Source: Sarea resinae
Taxonomy: Eukaryota
DNA length: 64,000 nt
Assembly: GCA_026026165.1 (NCBI GenBank)
Contig: JAPEUD010000048.1
Location: 62,001 to 126,000, forward strand
Reading direction: 5' to 3'
How positions within the stretch are numbered: position 1 is the first letter of the stretch; the number at the start of each line of letters is the position of its first letter. A program made the position numbers and the translations under genes. Below, piece after piece: positions 49,524 through 62,019 of this stretch. A model generated the notes under the pieces. It searched no databases. It was not told the origin of the DNA and saw nothing but the letters and a program-made list of their open reading frames with translations.

Positions 49524-50544
49524 GCTCATGATGTTCTCGGACCCAGCCAGTGATAGTGAAATCTGTCAGCGGTCATAGCAATGGAAATATCTGAGATCAC
49601 AGTCACAAACACATAAACAACCAATGATATTATATTCTACAGGCACTCTGTACTTTGTACATTCGAATACTGCCATTCGCCAATGGTCCTCACGGCAATT
49701 GTCTTTGTGCCTTGATATTGTAAACAACAGCATCCTCATCTGCGTTCTAGCACGGTGCATCCACTACTCTCTGGATTGTCCGGAGTGCTCTCGAATGCAA
49801 CGGTGGACCAATGGGTGGGTCGCTAGTCAGCACGAGCGGGGCGGAACAAATGATTTGACGACGAGTCGACGATGATTCGTGCGCATTCCCGCCGTGATGT
49901 CACTTGCCAGCGAAAAAGAGGTTAGAGACGACTTGCGAACCAGACGGATCGTGAGCCATGTGGCTTCTGTCATTTCCGAGATGAATCAGATGCATTTGGT
50001 GCATCTCCGCTGTCTTCTTTCCCCCGGCCCTTGTCCTATCCTTGTCCCATCCGGGTGGGAATATTCTTCTTGTTATCATCATCGCAATCTGGCTCCCCAC
50101 CTTCCCGCTCTGGGATGGATTCTCGGGATACCGAAGGAGAAAAAGAATGCGCCTCTTTTTGGCCTTCCGCCGGCTATCTACATTTGCCTGCACCTCTTTC
50201 CTGCGCGGTCGCCCTCTTTCTTCAATCCTGTTTTCAACCGCTCGTCCATCATGTTTTTCCTGATGCCCGAGTCATCTAGGACTTATTCTTATCCTTTCCT
50301 ATAACTATCATGAACGCGATTCCATCAGCCCGCGCGGGCCACCTTGTTGCCTTGGCTAGGTAGAAATTGCAACGCTTATAGTTTAGCTTCACCTCCATTC
50401 TGCGATAGCGTTCCCCCCACTTACGTCGTTGGTTTTGGCCGAATGAACCAAGCCATTTCGGGATCATAAATCCAGATATATAACCTCTGCGTCGTTTAAG
50501 CGTTCCGCATTTCTGGTTCGCGATAGACAATCCGTACGCGCACC

Positions 50545-52020
50545 ATGGCGGACTGCCCTCGGTCGCCAGAAAGCGATTTTGGTTCGATCGATGCTTTGCG
50601 AGAGCTCAACCTTCAATCACCAGAGAATGCGACTCGACTGGTTCCTAGACGGCCGGCCGCCTCCCGTGCGCTGAGCTCTCCGCCTTCCTCGCCCGAGATC
50701 CCAAGGATCGATACCAGTATCATATCGCCCCTGTCACATGCGAATGGAATTATGACTCCACCGGAGACGCCGACCAAGGTTAAACTTTTTCACGATCAGT
50801 GGGCCAAAGCAGACAATTTGCTCTCTCCCGTGAGGATATCGAATAGCACGTCAGGCCTCGATCGACCGCATGCAAATTTACCTGATGGGGTGGGACGCAA
50901 TGCAGAGTCTCCAACACCGACGAGGGACGACACCGAGCAGGCTTGGAAGACAATCACCCAGCCTCGCACGTGTTTGGTTGATTACGAGCTCGAAGGAAAC
51001 GAAGCCGGAACACACGAGATATTCGGTAAAGGAGCGTGGAGCGTCGTATATAAAGCCCGAGAGCGCGACCCTGCGGCTACGGCGGTCGACTTGAGTTTAC
51101 CCTCGCCGCCCAGCTCGCCCCAATGTGACCGAAAACCCCAAACTCGACGGATTCTGGCGGTCAAAGCACCCGGGCGACGAGACGCAAGGCCGATTCTGGA
51201 GAAAGAGGCCCGTATCTTGACGTATCTTCAGCCTCTATATAGGGACAGCCCAATCACACAGTATATGACGGTCTTTCACGGATTCGACGAATCCATCTCG
51301 GGCCTTGTTTTGGAAGCGGTACCGATCACCTTGGCAAACTATAGCACGCAGCAAGCCAAGAAAGTCGCAAAGAAGGCTCTGGTGCTGAAAAAAGATCAGA
51401 CGGTAGCAGTTGGCATGACCACCTGGCTTCGATTCGCTGAGCATCTCATCAACGGGCTCGCTTTTCTCCACGACCAAGCCATCGTGCACGGCGACATTAC
51501 GCCTAGCAACATCCTCCTGCGCCCGTCATCCCCATCCGTGAGGATATCAGAAGATGAAGACAAGATTGCCTATACGCCCATATACTGCGACTTCTCCTCG
51601 GCCTCCATCTCTCACCCTGCCATCGTCGCCGAAGAAACACCAGCCTGGCGCACCGAGTTTACGGCCCCCGAGATCATCCGCGCACAAGCCCAGGGAGCTC
51701 CAGCGATTGCGTCGTTTTCGACCGATGTTTTCGCTCTGGCTGTCTCGTTGCTCATGCCAGTCACGGGGTCGATGCCATACGCGGATTATGCGTCCCCGTT
51801 CCAGGCCCGCCACGCCGCCAGTCAGGGTGAGCCTCTGGCGTATGTTTTGGGCTTGCCGTCCGGAGGCAGCAAAAGGGGTATTACGGGAAGCAAGCGGACA
51901 GGTGAAATGGGTGCCGTCGAAAGGGTTATCGGGAATGCGGTGGCAAAGAGTCCGGAAGAGAGACTGACGGCTGAAGTATGGGCGGAGAGGGTGCAAGAGG
52001 CGGTTTCGGAATGGGAGTAG
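50545..52020 (+). CDS. Protein kinase-like domain protein (intronless)
   Basis: GKGAWSVVY, LAVK, EARIL, HGDITPSNILL, CDFSS, FTAPE and TDVFALA in canonical order. Confidence 0.88.
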   Translation: MADCPRSPESDFGSIDALRELNLQSPENATRLVPRRPAASRALSSPPSSPEIPRIDTSIISPLSHANGIMTPPETPTKVKLFHDQWAKADNLLSPVRISNSTSGLDRPHANLPDGVGRNAESPTPTRDDTEQAWKTITQPRTCLVDYELEGNEAGTHEIFGKGAWSVVYKARERDPAATAVDLSLPSPPSSPQCDRKPQTRRILAVKAPGRRDARPILEKEARILTYLQPLYRDSPITQYMTVFHGFDESISGLVLEAVPITLANYSTQQAKKVAKKALVLKKDQTVAVGMTTWLRFAEHLINGLAFLHDQAIVHGDITPSNILLRPSSPSVRISEDEDKIAYTPIYCDFSSASISHPAIVAEETPAWRTEFTAPEIIRAQAQGAPAIASFSTDVFALAVSLLMPVTGSMPYADYASPFQARHAASQGEPLAYVLGLPSGGSKRGITGSKRTGEMGAVERVIGNAVAKSPEERLTAEVWAERVQEAVSEWE

Positions 52021-52718
52021 AGGATGGAGTGATGCCTCGGTGACGAGATGAACGACTAGACAGGACGGGGAGTTTGTAAAATATGACGGTGTCACGGCAT
52101 TGGAATTGAGGATGGCTTGGTTAGACTTGGGTCGGTTGGGCGGTGTATGTATGGATTGCAAAGGGACGATTGGCCTTGACCGGGTTGGCTTGGCTGGATG
52201 TTTGAATATGTGCGATTACGACTCTATGGATCTGTATTTTTAACGAAACTGTGGACTCTCAAGAGCATCAAATGAATGAACTTATACTTCTGCCGCTGTC
52301 CCACTTACCTTGTGAGAGAAATGAATTCCGAGACATGAATGCCGAGAATTGGAAAAGGATTCCGGCAGAATGCTTGATGACGTAAGCAATCTCGAAGCTG
52401 CAACCCCACCAAAGCGAAAGTTGCAAGCCTACCTTACCTACCCCAGGGAGCTACGGATATAGCAGAGGATATGATATTTACCTCCACCTCTCCCGCCGCT
52501 CACTCTGGAAACACAACCTACCTACCTACCTCATCCACCCTCAACAAAGCCCTCTCTTCCCCCACCCCGCCCGCCCTTTCACGATCCTCCACAGAAACTC
52601 ACCCAAACCCACCACGACCCCACCCCCCCCCCCGCCGCGAGCACTGGGGCACATCCACATCCACATCCCACATCCCATATACCACACCCCATCATCATCA
52701 TCATCACCCTTTTCAACA

Positions 52719-54014
52719 ATGGAAGCGCTAGTCGCGCGCCACCGCAAAGAACAACGCGACCTGCAATCGCGCATCACGCAGAAGAAGAAACAGGCGACCA
52801 AGAAGTCGCGCAAGGGCGTCAATGACGAGTGTGCGGCGCTGGAGCGCGAGCTGAGAGATCGGCAGCGGGGGGAGATGGATGAGATTTCTTCCGGTGGTGG
52901 AGCCGGCGATGGTCAGGGAGAGGGAGATGGAGAGCGGGAGGGGGGTAGAGGGGCGGGGGATGGTGGTTCCGAGGAGGGGGATCTAGAGCGGCGGTTGGGG
53001 AGTTTAGAGATGGATCGCGAAGGCCGCGTGGGTGGGGGAGAGGGGGGACAGGACGGGGACGACGCGTTACATGCGCGATCACGGCTCCAACCACAATCAA
53101 AACCACAATCAAAACCACAATCACATACCGCACAGACGACGAACGACGACCCATCCACCGCGACCTCATCCCCACATCCGTACTCCCCCACCGCCCCTCA
53201 CCCCAAGAAGCCCAACCGAGCGAAAGCGCGGCTTGCGCGGCGCGCCGCGGCCCTGGAGGCACTCTCGACGGCCGCGGCGGACGAAGCGGCACAGACGCCG
53301 GACCGGCGCGCGCTGGAAGCGGCGACGATGCGCGCGGCGCTGCAGAGGCGCGGGTTGAGTGAGGTGGCGGTGCGGCCGGATGGGCATTGCTTGTATAGTG
53401 CGTTTGCGATGGGGCTGGAGAGGATGGGCCGGGGGGTTTGCGTGGACAAAGACGGTGGAGAGGGGAGGGGGGGAGGGGGGATAGGAGGAGAAGACGAACA
53501 AGAAGAAGAAGAAGACGGAAAACGAGCCCCATCCACCACATCCACCACACCGACACCGACGCCGGGCTACCGGCTCGTCCGCCGATCAGCCGCCCGCTAC
53601 ATCCTGCGTCACCCGGACGACTTCCTGCCCTTTCTCCTCGCGGCCGAGGACGACGACGACGAGAAAGACGCCACGGACTCGGGCGGCGCCGTCGACGTCG
53701 AGGCGTACGCGCGCCGCGTGGGCGAGACGGCCACGTGGGGCGGACAGGTCGAGCTGGTGGCGCTGGCGCGGGCGTACGGCGTGCGCGTCTGCGTCATTAC
53801 TGCCCCTAGCAATGGTGGTGGGGGGGAGGGCCGGGTGGAGGTTTTTGAGCCTGAGGTCGAGTCTGAGTCTGGTGATGGGTCTGGTGGTGGTGGTGGTAAT
53901 GGTGGTGAGAAGAAGAAGACGACGACGGGCAGGGAGACGGCAGAGCTGTGGTTGGCGTATTACCGGCACCATTTCGGGCTGGGCGAACATTATAATTTCC
54001 TGGTCTTGAGTTAG
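52719..54014 (+). CDS. OTU2: OTU-domain deubiquitinase, Otu2/OTUD6B-like
   Basis: MEALVARHRKEQRDLQSRITQKKK N-terminus, KPNRAKARLARR, catalytic PDGHCLYSA, WGGQVELVALA and HFGLGEHYN. Confidence 0.9.
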   Translation: MEALVARHRKEQRDLQSRITQKKKQATKKSRKGVNDECAALERELRDRQRGEMDEISSGGGAGDGQGEGDGEREGGRGAGDGGSEEGDLERRLGSLEMDREGRVGGGEGGQDGDDALHARSRLQPQSKPQSKPQSHTAQTTNDDPSTATSSPHPYSPTAPHPKKPNRAKARLARRAAALEALSTAAADEAAQTPDRRALEAATMRAALQRRGLSEVAVRPDGHCLYSAFAMGLERMGRGVCVDKDGGEGRGGGGIGGEDEQEEEEDGKRAPSTTSTTPTPTPGYRLVRRSAARYILRHPDDFLPFLLAAEDDDDEKDATDSGGAVDVEAYARRVGETATWGGQVELVALARAYGVRVCVITAPSNGGGGEGRVEVFEPEVESESGDGSGGGGGNGGEKKKTTTGRETAELWLAYYRHHFGLGEHYNFLVLS

Positions 54015-54019
54015 ATAGA

Positions 54020-55400
54020 AGGCAGGAAGGAGTAGAAAGGAAGGAAGTGGTAGAAAAAGAAAGGAGAGGAGAGGAAAGGAAAGGAAAGGAAAGGAAAGGA
54101 AAGGAAAGGAAAGGAGAGAAGAGGGCCTAGAAACATTAGGTCAACTAGTCTGTGAGTCTATTTCATAGATATAGATCTAGAGCAAGAGAGGGATATAGAG
54201 GATATAGAGAGAAAGAGAAGGATCTATAGAGTACACAGTGTATACACGTAGAACATTGTAGAGGTTTACTCTTTCTATCTTTCTTCCTATAGAAAGAAAG
54301 AAGAAAAGCCACTGTATAGAAGAAGGCTAAATTACTACTACTTTTCTCTCTGTCCTCTCTTTATAAGTCTTTACTCTATCTTCACTCTTTATATTACAAA
54401 GTACTTAGACAGAGAGAATAATATAACATAGAATCACATAGCTTAGCAGCGTACGCAACTTCTTAGCATAAGCTATAAAGAGTCTTAGAGCCTTAAAGCG
54501 CCTACCTAAACTAAAGTTTTCTGTACTTACCTTACTTAAGAGCAGGTATACAAGAGAGTACCTAAGTATTTTAGTAAAGTAAGAGGCTACTACTACTGTT
54601 AAGTAAGACTCTATATAACACTACTACCTACTTAAAAGACCTAGAGAAAATAGGAGCTAGAAAGAATAGGTAGAGAAAAGAGTGAGTTTATGTTGTTTAA
54701 AAAAAAGATTTAAAGAGAGATACTTACTAGCTACTCTTTACTTAGTTATTACTATCTAGATGTCTTTACTTACTTTACTACTAGTGTGACCTATTGAAAG
54801 CACTTTAGCTCTCTACTCTTTAGCTCTTTACTCTCTACTCTCTCTTTCTCTTTCACTATACTAAGAGACTACTAGAAAAAGAAAAAAATAAATTCAGGTA
54901 GATAAGGTAGCTACCTAGGTAGCTAGTTTAACTATAACCTTACTTGCCTACCTCTTTACTTACCTAACTACCTAGGTACCTATCTACCTACTCTAATATA
55001 CAGATATATATATAATTACTTAGATAGATAGATAGATAGAGAAGAGGAAACAAGTAAGAGAAGTACTATATAAGCCTAATCATATACACACACTCTCTCT
55101 CTTCTCTCTCCTTATTACCTACAGCCCTAGTCACATATACTACATATAGGCACACCTACACCTGCAGCTAAGCTACAGCTACAGCTACAGCTACAGCTAC
55201 AGCTACTAGCCCTACCTACCTATAAAGTAGTTATAGACTCTACATCTGCATCTAATGTCTTAAGAAACATAGCCTCTATCTTAAAACACATGACACGACC
55301 TTACCTAACGTAACCTAATATAACATACTAGCTACAGTGAGTAAGGCGAGTAAGGCGAGTAAGCAAGTAAGTAAGCTCAAAAGTAGGTCATAGTTTCATA
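54020..55400. other. AT-rich RIP-like/SSR island
   Basis: No ORF; TA-rich and CA/TG-poor by eye. (GAAAG)n ~54073-54114, (TAGA)n ~55021-55040 and (AGCTAC)n ~55171-55205. Confidence 0.8.
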
Positions 55401-55874
55401 CATGACATGGACACGATCGACAAGTAACATAGCCCAACATACATGACATAGACGAAAGAAAGAGCCATCTACTCGGATAGCAGATGATAAGATGATAAGA
55501 TGATAAGACGATGAACCAAATGAGACCCGAGCCAGAAACAGGGGGCCCGCGACCAAAGAACCAAAAGATCGCCCCCCCTTGAGAGAAAGAGTCCCGATAG
55601 AAGAATCCTCCAGTTGGCAAAGAAAGAAACGGAAGAGGAAGAGGAAGAGGGAAATTCGAGACGGGAGGGAGGGAGAGGGGGAATATCTAGCGTCGCTGAC
55701 GAGGATAACTGTGAACCCAGGCCGGGACAAGGATTCATTCTTCCTGTGTCGTCCGGCCCTCTCACTTTCGTCTCTCGCCTCTCTCGTCACTCTCGTCACA
55801 CGTCGACATCAACATGACCTTTGGCGTCATTTATGATCTTCCTCATTTTATGCTCTCCCTCGGCTTACGCTCCC

Positions 55875-57685
55875 CTATTTGAATTGATCCTCGGTAACGC
55901 CTTTGCCCATGGCACTGGTCGAGCTGACCCCACCCGTCACCATCTTCAACAGATTATCCACAAAGTTCGCCCCCGACCATTTCTGATGCGTCACCACATC
56001 GATCTTGTTGGCCATCTCCGGCTCCTGCACCAGCTCGCCATACGCCCGCATGCCCTGCTTCGCGTACGCCTTGGTGAAGGTGTCGGCAATCAGCGCCGTG
56101 CTGTGGAGACCGGCCAGGGTGATGAACTGCCAGCAGTAACCCAGCTTCGCGAGACGCTTGATGTACGTTTCTTGCTCCTCGCGCGGCATGGCCGCCTTCC
56201 AGTTGAACGAGGGCGAGAGGTTGTACGCGAGTCTGGGAATTGTTAGACATGGGACAAAAGACAAAAAAAAGGGTGACTCACTTTTGCTCGGGCCAGGCCG
56301 CGTGCACGCCGTCGGCAAACTCCTTGGCTTGCTTGTAGTCGGGCAGCTTGCTCTCCATCCAGATCAGGTCGGCGTAGGGAGCGTAGGCGATGGCGCGGTT
56401 GATGGCGCACCCCGTCCCGCCACGGTACCGGTAGAAACCCTCGCGGGTCCGTGCAGCATCCCAGTCCCAGTGGATCTCGACGCCCGTGATACCCTTGGCG
56501 ATTGCGCGGGCCTCGGAGTTGCTCTTGCCTTTGACGGCGTCGAGGTACTCCTTGATCAGTCCATCCTTGTTGACGTGCACGCCGGCTCGGATCGTATTGA
56601 TGACGGCCTCGTTGAATGTCGTGAGACCGGCTTGCGCGAGCCATTGGTCTTCAATCGCCTGGAGCTGCTCGCCGGCCTGACCGGCATGCTCGGCGGTGAC
56701 CATGAGGTCATTGAGCGGTTGCAGGGCAGAGTTGGTGGCTCCGAGGATGAAAGCGTGATCTCTGTGGTCGATGGTAGAGGTGATGAGGGTCGCAGCTTCG
56801 GAGTCGGTTCGAGCAATCGCTAGCAGATCCGTCCCTAGATGATATTAGTCCCTGCATCGAGAAAGGTTGACTCCAAAAACATACCCATGATATCGGCCTG
56901 GGCTCGGATCGCGACCAAGCGGTTGATGTGTTCGCTGATCGGCACAAGCACCTTTCCGGCCATGTGTCCACACTTTTTCGTACCCGGCGCCTGATCCTCG
57001 ATGTGAATACCGGCGGCACCCTGCTCGACGAACAGCTTCGTCAACTTCATGACGGCGGTCAGACCACCATGTCCAGTGTCGGCATCGGCAATGATCGGAC
57101 GTAAGAAATCGGTGTTGGCGACACTGCCCCGGTCGGCCTTGGGGGTCGTCAGGCGCTCTTCGCGTTGCTTGCGGTCGTGGAACAACTGAGCCATCCAGAG
57201 ATGCTTGACCTTGTTGGGCACGGTATTCTACGCAGGTTAGCATCACTTCCGACACTCCGGGAGCACGACGTACGTATGGGTAATCCGCGAGATCGGGAGA
57301 TGGCTCATCCGTCGACGAGGCCGTCGACGACGATTGCCATCCGGAAACGTAGACGGTGTCGAGATATTTGGCCATCTGCGTGACCATGACGGGGTCTAGG
57401 CAGCCGTATGTGAAACTGGCTTCCCCACTCTGCCGCTTGTCAGTCTCGAATCGAGCGATCAAGGCATGTACGACTGACGGAGAATTTCGACTCCAGAATG
57501 CTCCACAGCTTCTTGGATTGTGCACCGCTGGGGTAGTCGATCTTCAGGTTCCCACGCTTCGTGACAATCTGCTCCGCCGTAAAGGGCCGCTTCGTGTATC
57601 GCCATCTCGAATCGGTCCACCACTGCTTCACGGCCTGCACGTCATTCTGGTAGATTTGGTCCTCTTGCTCGATATAGGAAGCCAT
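55875..57685 (-). CDS. acuD: Isocitrate lyase (5 exons)
   Basis: MASYIEQED.., [25 protein letters not shown] signature, [20 protein letters not shown] (isocitrate- rather than methylisocitrate-type), TEDQFK*. Confidence 0.97.
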
Positions 57686-58072
57686 GGTGGTCGGTACGGC
57701 GTAGGCGAAGATCTTCTTCAAGGCCAGCGTTGCGTCTCGCGGGGTCTCTGTTCATCCAAGGTCGACAATGGAGCAATGGATATGTAAATCAATCAATCAA
57801 TCAAACAAACAGCGTGATCTGAGGCGCGGGGGGAGCAAGTCTTTAAGTACGGCCTGAGGGATGAGGTCAGGTCTCATGGTTCCAGCTCGAGTCACATCCG
57901 GGCACATTCGGCCCAGCGGGCAGCTCCCCAGGAAGCTCTGGGTGACGGACTGTCAGGCCGCTCCGCGATGGGGGAGAGCCATGGCCAAGGCCAATCCGAG
58001 CATGGCATGCCCCAGACTTTGTCCCCATGCAGTCTAGGGGGGGTCTGGTGTCTGGTGGTCGCTGGAGTGTGT

Positions 58073-58875
58073 CCTCGGTCCAAAGGGCACACTGCCGAAC
58101 AAGCACCATGGAGAAGCATCCCAGGTAGTTGCTCCATGAATTACTCGTACACTTACAGTACTGAGCACTACTCCGTCTACTCAGGATTAGGGCACCGACA
58201 ATGGGCCATGGCGGGCGGGTTCGCCATCAGAGATGACGTACACGGACGGTTAGAACGGTCCTTCAAGTACCCACGCTGCGCAGAGAGAGTACCAGTGACA
58301 ACGTGGTCGATGGCGATGCTGCGAGACGAGCGCGAGACGAACGGGAGACGAACGAACGAGTGCAAGTGTGCAGGTGGGGGAATGGCCATGGCGCCAGAAC
58401 AATGGGGCCAAGAATGGGGGCATCTGCACCTCTGCACATCTGAGGGGCGCATCCCTCGGTACGTCCGGGGAAAGCGAGAGGTAGCGGGTACTTGGTCCGT
58501 CGTCCGGCCGCGATGGGGGAACGGGGTACGGGTACCGCCACCCCTTCCACTGTCTCTCCACCAGCGTTCTACCACGACCATGTACGAAGTAGGTTCACGG
58601 CATGTGAAGAGCCAAAGAGAGGCATCTCCCTCTCCTGCTCTCATGCTCTCATGATCAATGAGATCAATGAGATCAAGCATGCAACCACCGTAAGGACTGT
58701 GGTCTTCAACCCCATCCAAGAGACAGCTACCGTGTACAGCGCTGGCAGGTTCAATGGCAACCTGAACGAACGTGCCCAGGATCCATCCCTTCATGCGCCA
58801 TGGATGAATGCATCGAGATTCGAGAACATGGAGAAACCGTTGATCCAGAACATGGACATCACTGGCAAACCTCGG
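58073..58875. promoter_or_regulatory. Three CCTCGG (FarA/FarB-type) sites upstream of isocitrate lyase
   Basis: Exact matches at 58073, 58454 and 58870, all in the same orientation. Confidence 0.55.
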
Positions 58876-59587
58876 CTAATTCATGATTCATGCCCGCCCA
58901 CCTCAGCCGATACAGTTGAGAGATCAATGATTCCCGTTGCCTATTGCGCAGTACCGTCATAGGAAGTACCGTCGTCGGCCGCACCTCGAATCGCTCGGAC
59001 AAAGACGGAATCGCGTTCCCCTTCTGCCCGATATCGGCCAAGACTCAGCTCAGTACCTAAGATGCCTTGGGTACCGCACAGTGGTACCGTACTACGTTTG
59101 CTTTCTCCGTCGTCATCATGCTGCATTGCGGAAAAGACAAGGTCGACAAGGTCCTCAGTGGTCCTCGAGTGGGCAAGAATGCTTCTATTTCTACTCCTCC
59201 CTGTTGGCTTGGCCTGACCGGTGCGGATATGATCTGAGCCAACGACTACTGCTGTTCCCCATCTCTCACCACCTGCACCTACCGATTGATATGACAACAC
59301 TGACGAGAAGAGAACAGAGGAGAACAGAGAAGAGATGCCAGTCTTTGCAGTGGAAGAATCTAACGCACTGCCGGAACGAGAATGCTGAACGCTATCGACA
59401 CCCGATGGACACGACCGACGGGCAGAACAAGGCCAAAGGCCATCAACGGCTTACGCTGGACGCCCCCAGACTCCATCACGGCTGAACAACTTCGGGAAAT
59501 CTAGAATGATGCCTCTTCCATCCAAAGAAATTCTTGGGGACACATCTAAGTCTATCGAGACCTCGCATCTCTTTTGGTAGTGCCGAG

Positions 59588-62019
59588 CTAGATCGCCCAT
59601 GATTCCAGCTCGGATTCTGTCGCTTTTACAAACGTCTCATACGGCGTGCAAGCGCCTAGAGCACGTTTCATATGGGCATTGATAATCTGCAGCCCGTAAA
59701 CATAACTCGCATTGACCCAGCCAAACCTGTGCGATCCCAAATCAGCATCCACATGGAAGACTCATCGGTCGAGCGGGCACTTACCCTTCTCTGGCCACGC
59801 CTTTGAAGTCGCTGCCCTGGTTGCCATATTCTGCCTCTACCTTGTGCGGATCAATTGGACGAGTCACGTCATACTTTTCGACCACGACGCCGTTGAAGTC
59901 GACAAAGGCCTTGGTGATCATGTACAGCCATTTGTACGCCATGCGCTGCGCTTCTTCTTGGTACCCAAACCTCACCAGCCCGGTCCAGGCCAACATCTGC
60001 TGGGGTGCCCAGCCAAAAGGATAGTCCCATTGCCGATTAGGACGGTCAAGTCCAGTGACACCGCGCGACTCTTCGGTTCCGGAAACCAAACCACCAAAGG
60101 CCTCGAATTTGGGAAGAGCCTTTACAACAAGTGCCGCGGCTTGTCGAGGGGTGGAGATACCAGCCCACATGGCCCAAAAGGTCGTTGCGCTTTCGTACCC
60201 CGTCTGTTGCTTCTTGATCGTATCGTAGTCGAAATACATGCCCTTCTCCTCATTCCAAAGGTACTTGTCTACGGCAAGCTTGCGTCTCTTAGCACGGCGA
60301 TCCCAAGAAGCCGACGTCTCGATGTGGTCTAATTTCATCGTCTTCGAGCAGTACTCAGGAGGGACGACGAGCTTGTCTCCAAAGAAGTTTCGTATGGTTC
60401 TAGCGATATCGGTTTCGTACTTGTAGAGCAGCGAATTCAGGTCGATGGTTGCAAGATCTGCACACACACGCTCGAGTCGGTAAGACGTGTCGTGCCCTGA
60501 TTCTCTGACGGCCCGATCATGCAGGAAGTAATCGTCCAGCTCTGGCTCCTTGATCGATCCGCCATTGTACGCAGACACAAACTCCTGGAATGTCATGTTA
60601 TGCTTCGCAGCAAAAGGCTCAAGGAGATGGGTGAAATGTGAAGCCTCTGTCTCTGGGGGTACACCAAGGCCCTCAGGTCGATACCTGGATAACCCCGTCG
60701 CTGGATCCAATCTCGGCTGAGACATCCATACGCTGTAGTACTCTTTAATCGCGGCGTAGATTGCTGTACGCAGGAAGTCCAATGCTCCAGGCTCATGCTT
60801 AATCCTCTCATACACCCTCAGCGCCATATCCGTTAGAAAAGGAGGCTGAGATCGACAGAGGTAATACGAGCGGTTAGCGTTGAGGATTTTCCCGTAGTGT
60901 CTGATACAGAAGCAGAAATTCTGCACCATGGATTTTGCCAAGTCTACTCTGTCGTTCACCAGCAGACCCAATGACTCCATATAGCTGTCCCAACCGTAGA
61001 GCTCGTTGAATCTTCCGCCGGGTACAATGAACGGAAGACCTCTCAGATCCGTTTCACCAGTCTCCGGGTTCACAACGTATTCTTCCATCTCCACAGCCAG
61101 TAGTCCAGGCTTAGCGTTAAGATCCCTGACGTACTCGGGCGTGATGTCTTCTGGAAGCCATTGCACATCCAAACGGACCTCAGGCCGCTCTTTCGCCACT
61201 CTTGTGTAGTAATCGTACTGTCTTTTTTCTCCACTTGGTATGTAGATCCTCGGCCGTGGGTCGTCGGTCCAGTCCTTTGGATCACGGCCTACAGTCTCTA
61301 TGACAGACCCGTCAATGCGCCGAGTCAAGTTATCCCAGAAGGAGTTCTTAATTAGACGCGAAAGACGATTGACAGGATTTTCGTTCAGACGGGCCTCGTC
61401 CAGCACAATGTACTTTCGACCGTAATCTTGGGCCAAGGTGAGCTCTTGAAGTAAATTGGACAGCATATAGGTTCCCCGGATATCGAACCGATTGTGACCG
61501 TTCGAGGCAGCCGTCCCTAGGGAAAGTACCTACAGATTACTGCGGGTTAAATACTGCACGACCGTGGCTTTTCGAGCCGGACTCACCTTTGGGCCACCAT
61601 CATCAATCGTGATTTGCATGTTGCCATCCGTGTCTTCTCTAGCAAGTAGGTTTTTCAACGTTGACTCGACCGGGATGAGAAATTTACGTGGATGTTGGGT
61701 GGTTTCATCTGCAAGACAGAATGAGTTGGAATGAAGCAGTTAGGTTGCCCGAGCAGATTCTCTCACCATGACTGCCCCTCCGAGCTGGCACTTTCAACAC
61801 ATCTTTATCGTGGACATTGCGCTCGCCTGGCTCAATGACCTGGATGCACAAAACAGGTTAGAGCAAAGTCATCAGATGAGGTGGGACTCAACCCACGGAA
61901 AATGTTCTCAGCTTCCGCTGCTGCGTATGTGCTTCGTCGCCATAATAGATGTGAGCGGCAGAAAAAGGATCGACGTCGCCCGAGACTCGTCGATAGGGAG
62001 CGCTATATTGCGAGCTCAT
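59588..62019 (-). CDS. treB: Neutral trehalase, GH37 (5 exons)
   Basis: ATG at 62019. PKA site RRGSH, Ca-binding [51 protein letters not shown] and EG|FGWVNAS; stop at 59588-59590. Confidence 0.97.

Noticed and set aside
55850..55877. Stop-codon readthrough giving ICL a cryptic PTS1
   Set aside because: The extension reads GSVSRGRA*, which is not a PTS1, and the stop is not in a TGA-CTA context.
58492..59485. 156-aa and 182-aa ORFs upstream of isocitrate lyase
   Set aside because: They lie in the ICL promoter and trehalase 3' region and show no motif support.
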